Below are positions 41,954 through 52,488 of a DNA stretch of 64,000 bases, piece after piece. The translations under genes and the position numbers were made by a program. The stretch comes from an uncultured cyanobacterium (GTDB lineage: Bacteria > Cyanobacteriota > Cyanobacteriia > Cyanobacteriales > Nostocaceae): assembly GCA_963706595.1 (NCBI GenBank), contig OY970166.1, positions 1,920,001 to 1,984,000 of the forward strand. Reading direction: 5' to 3'. The first letter of the stretch is position 1. Every line of letters starts with the position of its first letter. The notes under the pieces were generated by a model. It was not told where the DNA came from and ran no database searches. It was given only the letters and a program-made list of their open reading frames with translations.

Positions 41954-43045
41954 CTACACAGCCGCCCCTGTGGTGGGCTTGGGAGGCTGAAGTTCAGTGC
42001 CTATGCGTCCCCGATATAGCTGTGCTAATCGCTGCTCGTATTGAAGCAAATCGTGGTAAATTTCTTTGAAAATCGCAGTGGCTACGGGATCAGTGTACAT
42101 AGCACACAAATTACCAATATCACCAATACCTGTTTGCACATCTCCCAAGGCGCAACGTAACTGATAGATGTCATCGCTACCAGTGAAGGCACTTTTGACT
42201 TTGGCGTATTGATTGGCGATATTTGCCACTATGGAAGGTTTTTCACCGAGTCTGTCCAGATAGGTTTCTAATTTCTGAATATGGCGCTGTCTATGATTAA
42301 TCATCTCTTGAAAGAGCGATAGCACTTGGCTATCTGATTCTTTTTCGGCGTACTGTTCCAGGGCTTCGATTGCATAACGCTCCCCACTCAAGGCTGTATT
42401 CAAGCCTTTAGTGATTTCACCTTTGGTAGAACCACCCCAAGCATCAGCCAATTTCCACCACTCGGCGCTGGTGTCTTTCTCGTCTGGAAGTGCAGCATCT
42501 TTACCACCGTAACCCAAACGACTGAGCAGCGCTGTGGTAAAAATCGCTAAATCTCCAGGTTCGCGAGAGGTAATTAAATTTTTGTCTACTACTAACGGCT
42601 GATCAAGATAATTTGCACCTGCATTGATCATGTCTTTGCTAATAGCAGTAAAGCCAGTGGCTTTTCTACCTTTAAGCAAATCACCTTCAATTAAAAGTTG
42701 TGGTCCGTGACATACCGCAGCGATCAATTTTCCTTGTTGCATGGCTTCTTGTACGAAGCGCACTGTGTTGGGGTTCCGCCGCATTTTGTCGGGTGCCATA
42801 CCCCCAGGAATTACCACTGCGTCAAATTCCGCAGCTATGGCTTCTGTGGTGGTTGCGTCGGGTTGAACCGAAAGTTGACCTCGTTTACCCTTATATTTTT
42901 CATTCATGCGGGAACCGAGGACAATTACCTCCATTCCCGCTTGTTTTAAGCCATGACAAGGGATAGTAAATTCTATATCCTCAACTCCATTTTCAATGAG
43001 GATCGCCACTTTTTTCTTACCAGAATGATTTTTAGAATTTGTCAT
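41954..43045 (-). CDS. DJ-1/PfpI (YhbO-like) glyoxalase/protease fused to a ferritin-like domain
   Basis: VEDIE, IPGG and AVCHGP; C-terminal helical domain with ERYAIEALE and HRQRH. Confidence 0.85.
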   Translation of the reverse strand: MTNSKNHSGKKKVAILIENGVEDIEFTIPCHGLKQAGMEVIVLGSRMNEKYKGKRGQLSVQPDATTTEAIAAEFDAVVIPGGMAPDKMRRNPNTVRFVQEAMQQGKLIAAVCHGPQLLIEGDLLKGRKATGFTAISKDMINAGANYLDQPLVVDKNLITSREPGDLAIFTTALLSRLGYGGKDAALPDEKDTSAEWWKLADAWGGSTKGEITKGLNTALSGERYAIEALEQYAEKESDSQVLSLFQEMINHRQRHIQKLETYLDRLGEKPSIVANIANQYAKVKSAFTGSDDIYQLRCALGDVQTGIGDIGNLCAMYTDPVATAIFKEIYHDLLQYEQRLAQLYRGRIGTELQPPKPTTGAAV

Positions 43046-43091
43046 GAATTTTCTCTATTTTTAGAACTTAACCAAATACATTAATTGCTGC

Positions 43092-43496
43092 TTAAACTGC
43101 TGGAACTTCACCCGTTGGCGATGTTGCGAACAGTTCTTCGTAATCATGAGAAAAATGATGATGAAACTTGGCAAATTTCTCAGGATTAATGGCGTTTTGT
43201 AAGACTGCAAATACAGCCCGGACATGGATTGCGGTTGTTGTCGGTTCTATATTTTCTCGGAGACTAACACGGGTAATAAATTCTTGCAGGTTGAAAGATT
43301 CACTACTTTGTCCTTCTCTTCCTTGCAAAGATTGGCCTAGTTCTTGTGGTAATTCTGCTGCTATTTCTTGTGCTTCATCGCCGGGGACACGTTCTTTGAG
43401 AGTTTCTAAAGTAGCACGGGTAGCACGTTCGGCTTCTTCACGATCATTTGATTGGGCTAGGCTTTGTACGTGTGTAATAAATTCGTTATATTCCAT
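43092..43496 (-). CDS. DUF2267 family protein
   Basis: MEYNEFITHVQ...AERATRATLETLKER...AAELP...HVRAVFAVL. Confidence 0.8.
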   Translation of the reverse strand: MEYNEFITHVQSLAQSNDREEAERATRATLETLKERVPGDEAQEIAAELPQELGQSLQGREGQSSESFNLQEFITRVSLRENIEPTTTAIHVRAVFAVLQNAINPEKFAKFHHHFSHDYEELFATSPTGEVPAV

Positions 43497-43708
43497 TTTC
43501 GACCTCTGCTCATCCAAATAGATGCTTGGTTTTTATAAATCAAATGCCAAACTTTGAATTTATACTTGCTAGTTTATGAGCTAATAATTATTTTATCTTC
43601 GTTCTCTGGGGATAGATTTTTTTATAACTAAAGTAATACATCTTTGGTAATACAGGGTTTTGATGTGGCGACGTTATGATCAATAAGTAAATGAAATTAC
43701 TATTATTT

Positions 43709-44107
43709 ATGCTAGAAAATAATCAAAATGAAGAAGTTAATCCTGATGATTTAGCACCAGAAATTACGGAATCTTACGGTACTGGTGTCAAGGATCTGCC
43801 GGGGTATAATATTGGTGGGCGATCGCTCAAACAAAGAAACCGTGAATATACTCATACCAGTCCGGAAATTACTGGTGGTGATATTGATGCTAATTGGCAA
43901 GTGGAGGATGCAGTCGGAGATGAAGCCGTGGGTGGTACTGCTCCCACTCCTGATCAAAATGTGACTGATGAATTAGGAGCAGCAGTAGGTTTACCGATGA
44001 ATGACCAGACTTTTCTCCACACCAACGATATTTTAGAGCAACGTGATGATTCTCGCTGGGAATTAGATCCCATGTCTGCTGATGATTATTCAGAACGGAA
44101 AGAATGA
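43709..44107 (+). CDS. DUF6335 family acidic protein
   Basis: TGGDIDANW...VGDEAVGGTAPTPDQNVTDELGAAVG. Confidence 0.75.
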   Translation: MLENNQNEEVNPDDLAPEITESYGTGVKDLPGYNIGGRSLKQRNREYTHTSPEITGGDIDANWQVEDAVGDEAVGGTAPTPDQNVTDELGAAVGLPMNDQTFLHTNDILEQRDDSRWELDPMSADDYSERKE

Positions 44108-44131
44108 TGCTAATTGCACTTTTAATTAAGA

Positions 44132-47100
44132 TTAATTTCTAGTGCCAATTCCATTCAAATATATAATGACTGGACTATTGAAAGCATCACTACTAATACT
44201 GAGTTTTGCATCACGTTTCCCTTCACCTTGAGCATAGAAACTCACATCAATTTGATATTGATCACCTGGAGCTACTACAGTTTGAGTAATGCGGCCAGTA
44301 GGACTAAATTCGTTAGTATGGTTAGGGCTAAAGTCGTTAGTATGGTTGCCTTCTATCTGAATATTAGTGATACTTAAAGGTGCTGAACCTGTGTTAGTAA
44401 CTATAATAGTTTGTGGTGGGCTACTTTGATCTCCTATTTCTTGTTGTCCAAAGGTCAAGGAAGTACGACTTAGGCTGATATTTGGTCCAGGAGGGTTGGT
44501 GGCATTTCCAGTTAATTGAACTTGTTTGGGACTACCCGCAGCGTTATGGGCAATTTCTAGAATGGCTTGGCGATCGCCTTCATTTCTGGGTTGAAATTTG
44601 ATAGTAATTTGACAATTCTTTTCTGGTTCAACAGATGAATTATTAGCACAACTATTTTTAACAAATTTAAACTCTTGACTATCAATATTAGTGCTAGTTA
44701 TCTTCAAAGATGCTGAACCTGTGTTAGTAACTGTAATAGTTTGTGATTGGCTACTTTGATCTCCTATTTCTTGTTTTCTAAAGGTTAAGGAAGGACGACT
44801 TAGGCTGATATTTGGTCTAGGAGGGTTGGTGGCATTTCCAGTTAATTGCACTTGTTTGGGACTACCCGCAGCATTATGGGAAATTTCTAGAATGGCTTGG
44901 CGATCGCCTTCATTTCTGGGTTGAAATTTGACAGTAATTTGACAATTCTTTTCTGGTTCAACAGAGTAATTATTAGCACAATTATTCTTGATAATTTCAA
45001 ATTCTTGACTGTTAATTTTAGTGCTAGTTATCTTCAAAGATGCTGAACCTGTGTTAGTAACTGTAATAGTTTGTGGTTGGCTACTTTGATCTCCTATTTC
45101 TTGTTTTCCAAAGGTTAAGGAAGCACGATTTAGGCTGATATTTGGTACAGGACGCTTGGTGGCATTTCCAGTTAATTGGACTTGTTTGGGATTACCCGCA
45201 GCATTATGGGCAATTGCTAGAATGGCTTGGTGATCGCCTTCATTTCTGGGTTGGAATTTGATAGTAATTTGACAATTCTTTTCTGGTTCAACAGATGAAT
45301 TATTAGCACAATCATTCTTGATAATTTCAAATTCTTGACTGTCAATTTTACTACTAATTATCTTCAAAGATGCTGAACCTGCATTATCAATAGTAATTTC
45401 TGCTGTATTGCTATCTCCAAGAAAGATGTCACCAAAGTCCAATATCTGAGATTCAATCACCAAAATAGGTACAGGTATTTCACTTCCACTTCCAGTAAGT
45501 TGGACAAGCTGGGGAGTATCACTAGCATCGTGGTAAATTGTCAGTTCAGCATTGTACTGACCAGGAGTTTTGGGAGTGAAATCAATACTGATTTGGCAAA
45601 TATCTTGAGGATTGATCACATCTCCCGTAGCACAACCTCCAGATATAGTTTTAAAATTATCCTTTCTCTCACCACTAATCACAATAGCGAGAATTTTTAG
45701 GGGTTTTAAGCCTTGATTGCTAAAGGTCAAAGTTTTTGCTGGACTAGTTTGATTAATCTCTAAGGTGTTGAAATCTAGATTTTCTGGAGCAAGTACAACC
45801 CTAGCCTGATAGTTAGATAAAACAGATTTAATTCCCCATCCAATTAAGAACAGTCCAAAAATAGCAACAATTACCTTTAACCACAGAGGAAATCGGAGAA
45901 TGAGTAAATGAGACTCTGGCAGATGTTCGGGAATATTTGCGGATGGTTTTTCGCTAATATCAGGTACTTGATTGAGGATGTTGAGATTATGACGAGTGGC
46001 TTCAGCACCAATTTTGTCACCTAAAGATTCCCGAATCCGAAGTGCTTCATTTAAGAATTTTTGAGTTGAACTTTGATTTCCCAAACAAAGTTCACGAGTC
46101 CCCAGTTGATGCCATACCCAACTTTCGGTAACTTGGTCTCCAATGCTTTGCACCGCTTGCAGAGTTTGTTCCAATACCTGCCGCCATGCGTCCCACTGCC
46201 CATTCAGGTACTAGAGAACTTTCTGCGGCTCTGGCAAGAGTAGTCATCTCTGCATGATGACCATGCGCTGCTGCCCATTGCAATAGTTCCAAAAGTACAT
46301 CTGATTCTTGCAATAAGTTTTCAGGCAATGATTGATACTGTTGTACCCAGTTGCTAGAATAATTTAATATTTGCTCCATGCAAGCAGTTAAATTCCATTC
46401 CTGCTTCACAAACTCAATCACGTTGTTGGCGATGCGATAACAATCACCTTCCAACTCTACTAAATGAAATTTTTGCAAGCTATTTAAAAGTGGTTCAATC
46501 TTCAGTGCTTCTGTCTGGGCAGATGTATGCGATATTTGACTTATTTGTTGAGCAGCAAGCGTTGTTAAGGAAATTAGAATCGCTAAAATTGATAAAATCC
46601 AACGTTGAGATTTGGTGAGCGAACCCAATATATGCTTCCGCAAAAATTCCTCACGAGAAGATGATTTTACTAATTGTAATACTTCTGCTAAGGATAGGTT
46701 TTTTTCCTTGGCGATCGCTACTGTTTGAAGAATATCAAGAGGATGATTTTCCAAGGCAACACAGAGTAACTTAGCAGTAGATAATTCCTCCGGTGTTAAA
46801 GTTCTTCTTAACTCCTGTTCTACTAAACGTAAAGCATCCCTCTCCGGTAAACCTGGTAAAGCTTCAGCATATCCCTCTCCCCAAATATGTCGCTCATGAG
46901 ATGCCAGTATAAATGTGCCATTGGGGACGACGGTATTAATTACTCTATCCAAGTCATCTTGTTGCCACTGCACATCATCTAAAAGTAGCAGAAATTTTTT
47001 ATTATCTAACTTAAATTTAATCTCATCGTCAGTAGGTTTATAGGGAATATCACTGCTATAAAAGGCATTAAATAAAAATTGCAGCCAGTCAGAAATAGAC

Positions 47101-47633
47101 TTGCCACGAGTATCGTCATAGATAATACCATCAGGAAAGAGTTTTTCAATTTGAGGATGGTAAGAAAGGTAACGCAAAAGTACAGACTTTCCTAATCCCT
47201 TTCGTCCATAAAATTCTACTGGTTGTTCATACTGAAGGCTGGTAATTGTACTACTAACTTCTGATTTGCGACCTAGTAGACCAACAAACTGACGCGGACG
47301 AAAAAAAATCGGGGTGGTGCGAGGTGTTAATTTAACTTGTTGCTGTGGAGAAGTAATATTCACAATCCCACCATAAATATCTTTTATTTGGTAAATGTAA
47401 TTACCACAAGCTATTTGACTATTAGTATTTTCATTGATGTTATAGATGTCATCGCCAATTCTCTGAGCGTTTACCGTCTCAGCATTTACTACATCTCCAG
47501 CAAAGTGAGCGCCTTTTAAGTTGAAATTATTGGTTTCATTATTTACAGTTTGCTGGTTGTTATCGCCTTGAACATTATTGACGTTTCCGCCTACAGAACC
47601 ACCAACTGAAAAGTCATTAGGATTGTTAGTCAT
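44132..47633 (-). CDS. NLR-like STAND protein: N/G/Q-rich motif - NB-ARC - TPR - TM - five Ig-like (ASH / choice-of-anchor D) domains; 1-nt frameshift at about 46207
   Basis: Walker A GRKGLGKS, Walker B LLLLDD and HPL motif in 46092-47633; frame continues as LNGQWDAWRQVLEQ into 44132-46174 (TPR, TM WLKVIVAIFGLFLIGWGI, Ig repeats); ~1166 aa if joined. Confidence 0.75.
44374..45380 (-). repeat. About three near-identical 330-bp (110-aa) Ig-domain repeats
   Basis: TGCTGAACCTG anchor recurs at about 44381, 44711, 45041 and 45371. Confidence 0.9.
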
Positions 47634-47774
47634 TAAACTTCCCTATTCAACATTGGCATAAACGCTAAAACTCTCCACATTTTGAAGCGTAGAACTATCG
47701 ACTTGATACTTAAAAGCTAAATCAGGCTATTGTGAATTAGAGTTATCTGGTAGCGGATAACTCATAAATCATTT

Positions 47775-48251
47775 CTACAATCCCAATAGAGATGAACCAG
47801 CAGCAGCACCCAACCAGCTTGCAACCTTGATCATAATAGGCTTGGCTGTTGTCCACAGTTTTTTACCAGAATCAACAGTCTGAGTAGTCTTTTCTAAAGT
47901 TTCAGCAACACTTTCCAAACGATTTAATGCACGTTGTTTATTTGGTTCTTCTTTTTCTGTTGCTTTCTGGGCTGCACTCAAATCTTCAATGATTTCTTCT
48001 TTTGTGTCTGCTGGTAGTTCTGTTTCTTTAATCAAAGTTTGCAGTTTTGCAAGTAACTTGACAACATCCTCTTTATTCAATGATTTTGCGATATCTGCAC
48101 TTGCTTGGTTATGTTGTGTTACTTGATTACCATCTCCGAGTACAGCCTGATTATTATCTCCCTGTACTACTCGGTTATTGTCACCCTGAACGTTATTGAT
48201 GTTCCCGCCTACAGAACCACCAATGGAAAATCCACCAGAATTGTCAGTCAT
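47775..48251 (-). CDS. Small protein with N-terminal RHIM/amyloid-like repeats and a helical C-terminal domain
   Basis: FSIGGSVGGNINNVQGDNNRVVQGDNNQAVLGDGNQ, then amphipathic helices and a hydrophobic tail. Confidence 0.75.
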   Translation of the reverse strand: MTDNSGGFSIGGSVGGNINNVQGDNNRVVQGDNNQAVLGDGNQVTQHNQASADIAKSLNKEDVVKLLAKLQTLIKETELPADTKEEIIEDLSAAQKATEKEEPNKQRALNRLESVAETLEKTTQTVDSGKKLWTTAKPIMIKVASWLGAAAGSSLLGL

Positions 48252-48286
48252 AAAACTTCCCTGTTTTACGTTTGAATAAAAATTCA

Positions 48287-48397
48287 GGCGTTGCCCAAAG
48301 CAAGTATGAATTTAAATATAGAGAGGTGACGTGACACGTCTGTATATAGATTTTGACATGATCACAAATCGTGTTCATACTTCAAATCAGCAACGCC
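48287..48397. mobile_element. MITE-like element with GGCGTTGC / GCAACGCC ends
   Basis: Related copy at 55772-55882; AAAATT(C/T)A flanks. Confidence 0.55.
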
Positions 48398-48684
48398 AAA
48401 ATTTAGAATGCTCCGGAACATCCATTGCTATATTTTCTAATCTGTGGATTCAATTATCGTTTTCTGTTAGCAATTATTTAATTTCTCTGTTCGACAAATT
48501 TTGAAACCCTCCTTGCGACTTCTCTCCTTGTGTCCCTTGTCCACCTGGAAGTCCCTAAATCTGGGGGCTTGTACCACTAATATCAAATTCGGGTGATTAC
48601 TGATCCTAAAATCTCTCAATGTAAGGTTGGGTTTCGCTGTCGTTCAACCCAACCTTGTATCTGGGAAAAAGTGGTAAACCGTCC

Positions 48685-51057
48685 CTAATCAACCGCTATT
48701 GGCCAAATTCTGATCGTTTTGTCAGCACTACCACTAGCGAGTAACTTACCATCTGGACTCAAAGAAATAGCATTTACAGTTCCTGAATGTCCAGTCAAGG
48801 TTTGCAAGACTTCACCTGTAGAAAGTTGCCAAATTTTGATCGTTTTGTCAGCACTACCACTGAAGAGGGTTTTGCCATCAGGACTAATGGCTAACGTTTT
48901 CACCTCATCTGCATGACTATTTAATGTATGCAGAAGTTTACCTGAGATTAAATCCCAAATTTTAATAGTTTTGTCAGCACCACCACTAAAGAGGAATTTG
49001 CCATCAGGACTCATGGTAATTGATTTTACCTCACCTGAATGACCGATGAGGGCGCGTAAAGGATCACCGGTGCGTGGGTTCCATAGTCTGATTTTGCTAT
49101 CAGCACTCCCACTGGCGAGGATTTTACCATCGTGGCTAATTGCGATCGCATGGACAGCAGAAGTATGCCAAAGTGTAGAAATGCGATCGCCTCCGGCGCG
49201 GCTTTGCCCATCGCTTGTATGCAAATTCCAGATTTTGATTTTATGACTCCCACTAGCCATAATCTGCCCATCTGAGCTAATTGCGACGACATTAACTGGT
49301 TTTTGATGTCCTAGAAGCGTATGCAGTAGTTTACCCCTTTTTAAGTCCCATACCTTCACATTGCTTCTGGGATGTTCACAACTACCAACAGCCAGAAAAT
49401 TACTATCAGGACTAATTGCAACAGATGAAACTGCTCCTTGATTAGCTGTGAGGGTGCGAATTTGTTGACCAGTCTTAAGATTCCAAACATTGATAGTTTT
49501 GTCAGTACAACCACTGACTAAAAACTCCCCATCTGAACTAATAGCTACTGATGCAACCTTCCCCGAATGTGCAGCCAGGGTATAACTGACAGAGGGGGAT
49601 GCTAGGGTAAGTTTCTCCTGGAGATGAGCGATTTTATCTAAAAGCTGGTCTACAGCCGAAATACTTTCACTATGCCCTACTGCTGTAAAATACTCTTTTA
49701 ACTTTTGCAAATATGCCTTGTCTTCTATCTTGATGGCTGATTGCATCGCCTCGAAAGGATTAATAAATTCCTCTACCGACACTTGACGTAATTCCAACCA
49801 TCTGTTGATAGAATAATCAACCTGTGACTGCGCCCAAGAAGAATCAGGTAAATGAGATAAACTTTGGGCTAATTGCAAAGCCAACTCTGGAACCCAGTAA
49901 CGACGCTCATCTTCTAAAGCTTGATAAACTTCTTCATAACCTGTAGCGTATACCCGCAAAAGTTCCTGTACAGATTGTAAATTAAAAGTATCTTCAAGTA
50001 AACTGGGCAGCACCTCTGGTAATAAAGGCGACACATCATAGTCCACTAAGTGATAAGCATCAGCTACCCAAGCAGCAACTAAACAATGACAGTTAATTAA
50101 CACCTGGGAAAGGGTTTCTAAATCCTGATGATTAACTTGATATTTTAAGGATAATTGACTCATATCAATACCCTGACCTTGCCATTTTTCCGCCTTTTCT
50201 AAAATTGCCAGATTTAGCACATTATCTTGGCCTAAATCATTAATTTCTGCGATATCTTCCCCCATTAATCGGAGTTCATCTCTCACCTTTCTCCATTCTA
50301 AAGCCCGACTTTTAGCAGACTCATGCAGAATTTCTCGATAAGGTAGACGAAAGATGGTTTTGTAATAATAAGTTTCCTGACCTAACCCCCAATAAGCAAT
50401 GCGGAAATTGAGATAATCCCCATCATGCTCCGATTCTAAAATCAAAATCGGCTCTGTTTTTAACATTCCAAACAAAGCCTTGATACTAGATTCACTATGA
50501 AACCGTTTACTATCCCAAGCGCCTGCTAAAAGTTCCGTGGGTCGAATGGGACTGTGGAGCGAATAATATTTGTGCAGAAACTCTCGTAAACCTTCCGCCA
50601 AAGTTAGCTCTATTGCCGAATTTTCCTCACTATTGTGGTCAAATTGGTCAAACTTAATTTGTGGAGGAGCTAGAAAAATTTTCAGAGGTTTACGTTGAGA
50701 ATTAGTGCCAACATCTAAAATTTGAGAAGGATATAGTCTCAAAGGCCAACTATCAAAAATTTTGGCAACTTCTGGCAATTTAAGAGAAGTTTCTCGTGAT
50801 TGCGTTGCTATTTTTAACTGTGTTGCACGTTGGTAAATAGCCAATTCTTGTTGCAGGACTTTTTGCTGTTCAAAGTCTGTAATCACACCATCTTTTTGCA
50901 GAGGTAAATTTACAGTTTGGATGAATTCTTTAATTACTTGAGGGAATTGAGAATTGTTGGTAGAGAGACTTTCAGCAGTTCGCTTTTGGATGAGAGTGAC
51001 AATCACAGGTGTGAACTCGATCACCAATTGAGTGAGTAACCTTAATCCTGGCTCCAT
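48685..51057 (-). CDS. WD40-repeat protein with an uncharacterised N-terminal domain
   Basis: Seven C-terminal GH...SPDG...SGSADKTIKIW repeats. Confidence 0.9.
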   Translation of the reverse strand: MEPGLRLLTQLVIEFTPVIVTLIQKRTAESLSTNNSQFPQVIKEFIQTVNLPLQKDGVITDFEQQKVLQQELAIYQRATQLKIATQSRETSLKLPEVAKIFDSWPLRLYPSQILDVGTNSQRKPLKIFLAPPQIKFDQFDHNSEENSAIELTLAEGLREFLHKYYSLHSPIRPTELLAGAWDSKRFHSESSIKALFGMLKTEPILILESEHDGDYLNFRIAYWGLGQETYYYKTIFRLPYREILHESAKSRALEWRKVRDELRLMGEDIAEINDLGQDNVLNLAILEKAEKWQGQGIDMSQLSLKYQVNHQDLETLSQVLINCHCLVAAWVADAYHLVDYDVSPLLPEVLPSLLEDTFNLQSVQELLRVYATGYEEVYQALEDERRYWVPELALQLAQSLSHLPDSSWAQSQVDYSINRWLELRQVSVEEFINPFEAMQSAIKIEDKAYLQKLKEYFTAVGHSESISAVDQLLDKIAHLQEKLTLASPSVSYTLAAHSGKVASVAISSDGEFLVSGCTDKTINVWNLKTGQQIRTLTANQGAVSSVAISPDSNFLAVGSCEHPRSNVKVWDLKRGKLLHTLLGHQKPVNVVAISSDGQIMASGSHKIKIWNLHTSDGQSRAGGDRISTLWHTSAVHAIAISHDGKILASGSADSKIRLWNPRTGDPLRALIGHSGEVKSITMSPDGKFLFSGGADKTIKIWDLISGKLLHTLNSHADEVKTLAISPDGKTLFSGSADKTIKIWQLSTGEVLQTLTGHSGTVNAISLSPDGKLLASGSADKTIRIWPIAVD

Positions 51058-51260
51058 AAGGAGATTCCTGTTAAGTAAATAAAATTTTCAGTGTACTGCA
51101 AAGATGCGTAGTAGCTTGTTAGGAGACACTTACAATATAGTAAGCTCATCTTTTTCATTAATAAAATTAGCAGCCACTGCCTATACTACTATCTTAAGAA
51201 ACATTTTTGGGGAAAAAAATAAAATTCATCATTGACTGTGGACTGATTAAAAAATATTTA

Positions 51261-51421
51261 TATAGCGGTATCCACTCCAATGAAGTACATCATAGCCCCC
51301 TCCTCGCTTGCGGTGAACCAGCGCTGTAGGCGGGTTTCCCACCGTAGGCGACTGGTGAACCCGAAGGGGGAGGGGGTTGGGGGTGGGGTTCTTGTATCTC
51401 ACTTAACTGATAACCGCTATA
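51261..51421. mobile_element. TATAGCGGT-ended MITE (inverted copy of the 37669 outer element) with a different internal insertion
   Basis: Reverse-complement similarity to 37669-37731 plus 37898-37942. Confidence 0.7.
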
Positions 51422-51500
51422 CCAAAAAGCAAAATACCTCACTTAGCCTAAAAAGACGCATTGAGGTATTGCTTAGTTGTTAAATTAGTAACTGAAAAAA

Positions 51501-51917
51501 TTAAAATTTTATTCCAAGTTGTCCATTCAATCCGCGCACAGAATTATAACCCGCACCTATAAAAACGTTATCAGTAGCACCTACCTGAACACCACCAGAA
51601 AAAGCCACGCCCTGATCTTCTGAATACCAACCAACTCCGACATAAGGTGAAATCACTGGTAAACTCAGAAATTTCAAAACATCTGCGCCCACAGCCCCAT
51701 CCGGTCCAACTCCTACCTCCACCCCAAAATCTAAAGCTCTAACTCCTACAGCATAGGTAACATCGCCATCTTTTTCACCCACAGAAACCCAGGGTTGTGG
51801 TAAAAATTGAGCCGAAGCTTGACTGGGGACAAATAGAGTTAAGCAACTAAATGATGAAATGAGTATTTTGGCAAGAACAGATTTTTTCACGTTTTTCTCC
51901 CACACTACCTTTAACAT
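51501..51917 (-). CDS. Exported small beta-barrel-like protein
   Basis: Signal peptide (ASA-Q), alternating Gly/hydrophobic strands and C-terminal Phe. Confidence 0.6.
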   Translation of the reverse strand: MLKVVWEKNVKKSVLAKILISSFSCLTLFVPSQASAQFLPQPWVSVGEKDGDVTYAVGVRALDFGVEVGVGPDGAVGADVLKFLSLPVISPYVGVGWYSEDQGVAFSGGVQVGATDNVFIGAGYNSVRGLNGQLGIKF

Positions 51918-52101
51918 TTTGACATCCCTTGAAGGCGTAAAATTCCCATTCTAAGGCTTCTTCTTTCTAAGACTCGACTTACTCTCAGGAGTTTCCGTTC
52001 TCCGTTCCAGTCTCTGTACTAATGTCAGAAATTCATCTGAGTGTGTTAATTTCCTGTATAATTAACAACTGTTTATGACCGATTACTAAAAAAATCCCAT
52101 C

Positions 52102-52488
52102 ATGTCACCCGAATCTATTGAAACAATTGTATCCGCTTATTTTGCTAACATTGCAGCCATGAATCCAGAAGGCTGGGTGGAGAATTTTGCTGAAGATGCT
52201 ATTAGTCATGACCCGGTTGGTGAACCACCGGCGAAAGTACATGAGGGATATCGCGAGTTTATGGGACAGTTACAAGCATTCTTCGATAAATTAGAACCAA
52301 AAACTGAGCATATCTTCGTTGGTGGTAATGAGGCGGCGGTAAAGTGGACAATGGAAGGTGTGAGTAAAAGAGGTAAATCAGTTATCTTTGAAGGAATTAC
52401 GATTTTTGAAATTAACGCCGCAGGTAAAATTCAAACAACTCGCGCTTATTGGAATCCGGCAAATATGGTGGCGCAACTGCGGTCTTAA
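52102..52488 (+). CDS. SnoaL/NTF2-like (ketosteroid isomerase-like) protein
   Basis: FAEDAISHDPVG...EGITIFEINAAGKIQTTRAYW. Confidence 0.85.
   Translation: MSPESIETIVSAYFANIAAMNPEGWVENFAEDAISHDPVGEPPAKVHEGYREFMGQLQAFFDKLEPKTEHIFVGGNEAAVKWTMEGVSKRGKSVIFEGITIFEINAAGKIQTTRAYWNPANMVAQLRS

Noticed and set aside
48685..51057. WD40 protein as the sensor of the neighbouring NLR pair
   Set aside because: It is co-oriented, but separated by about 430 bp containing a MITE, and it lacks the shared motif; no support beyond proximity.
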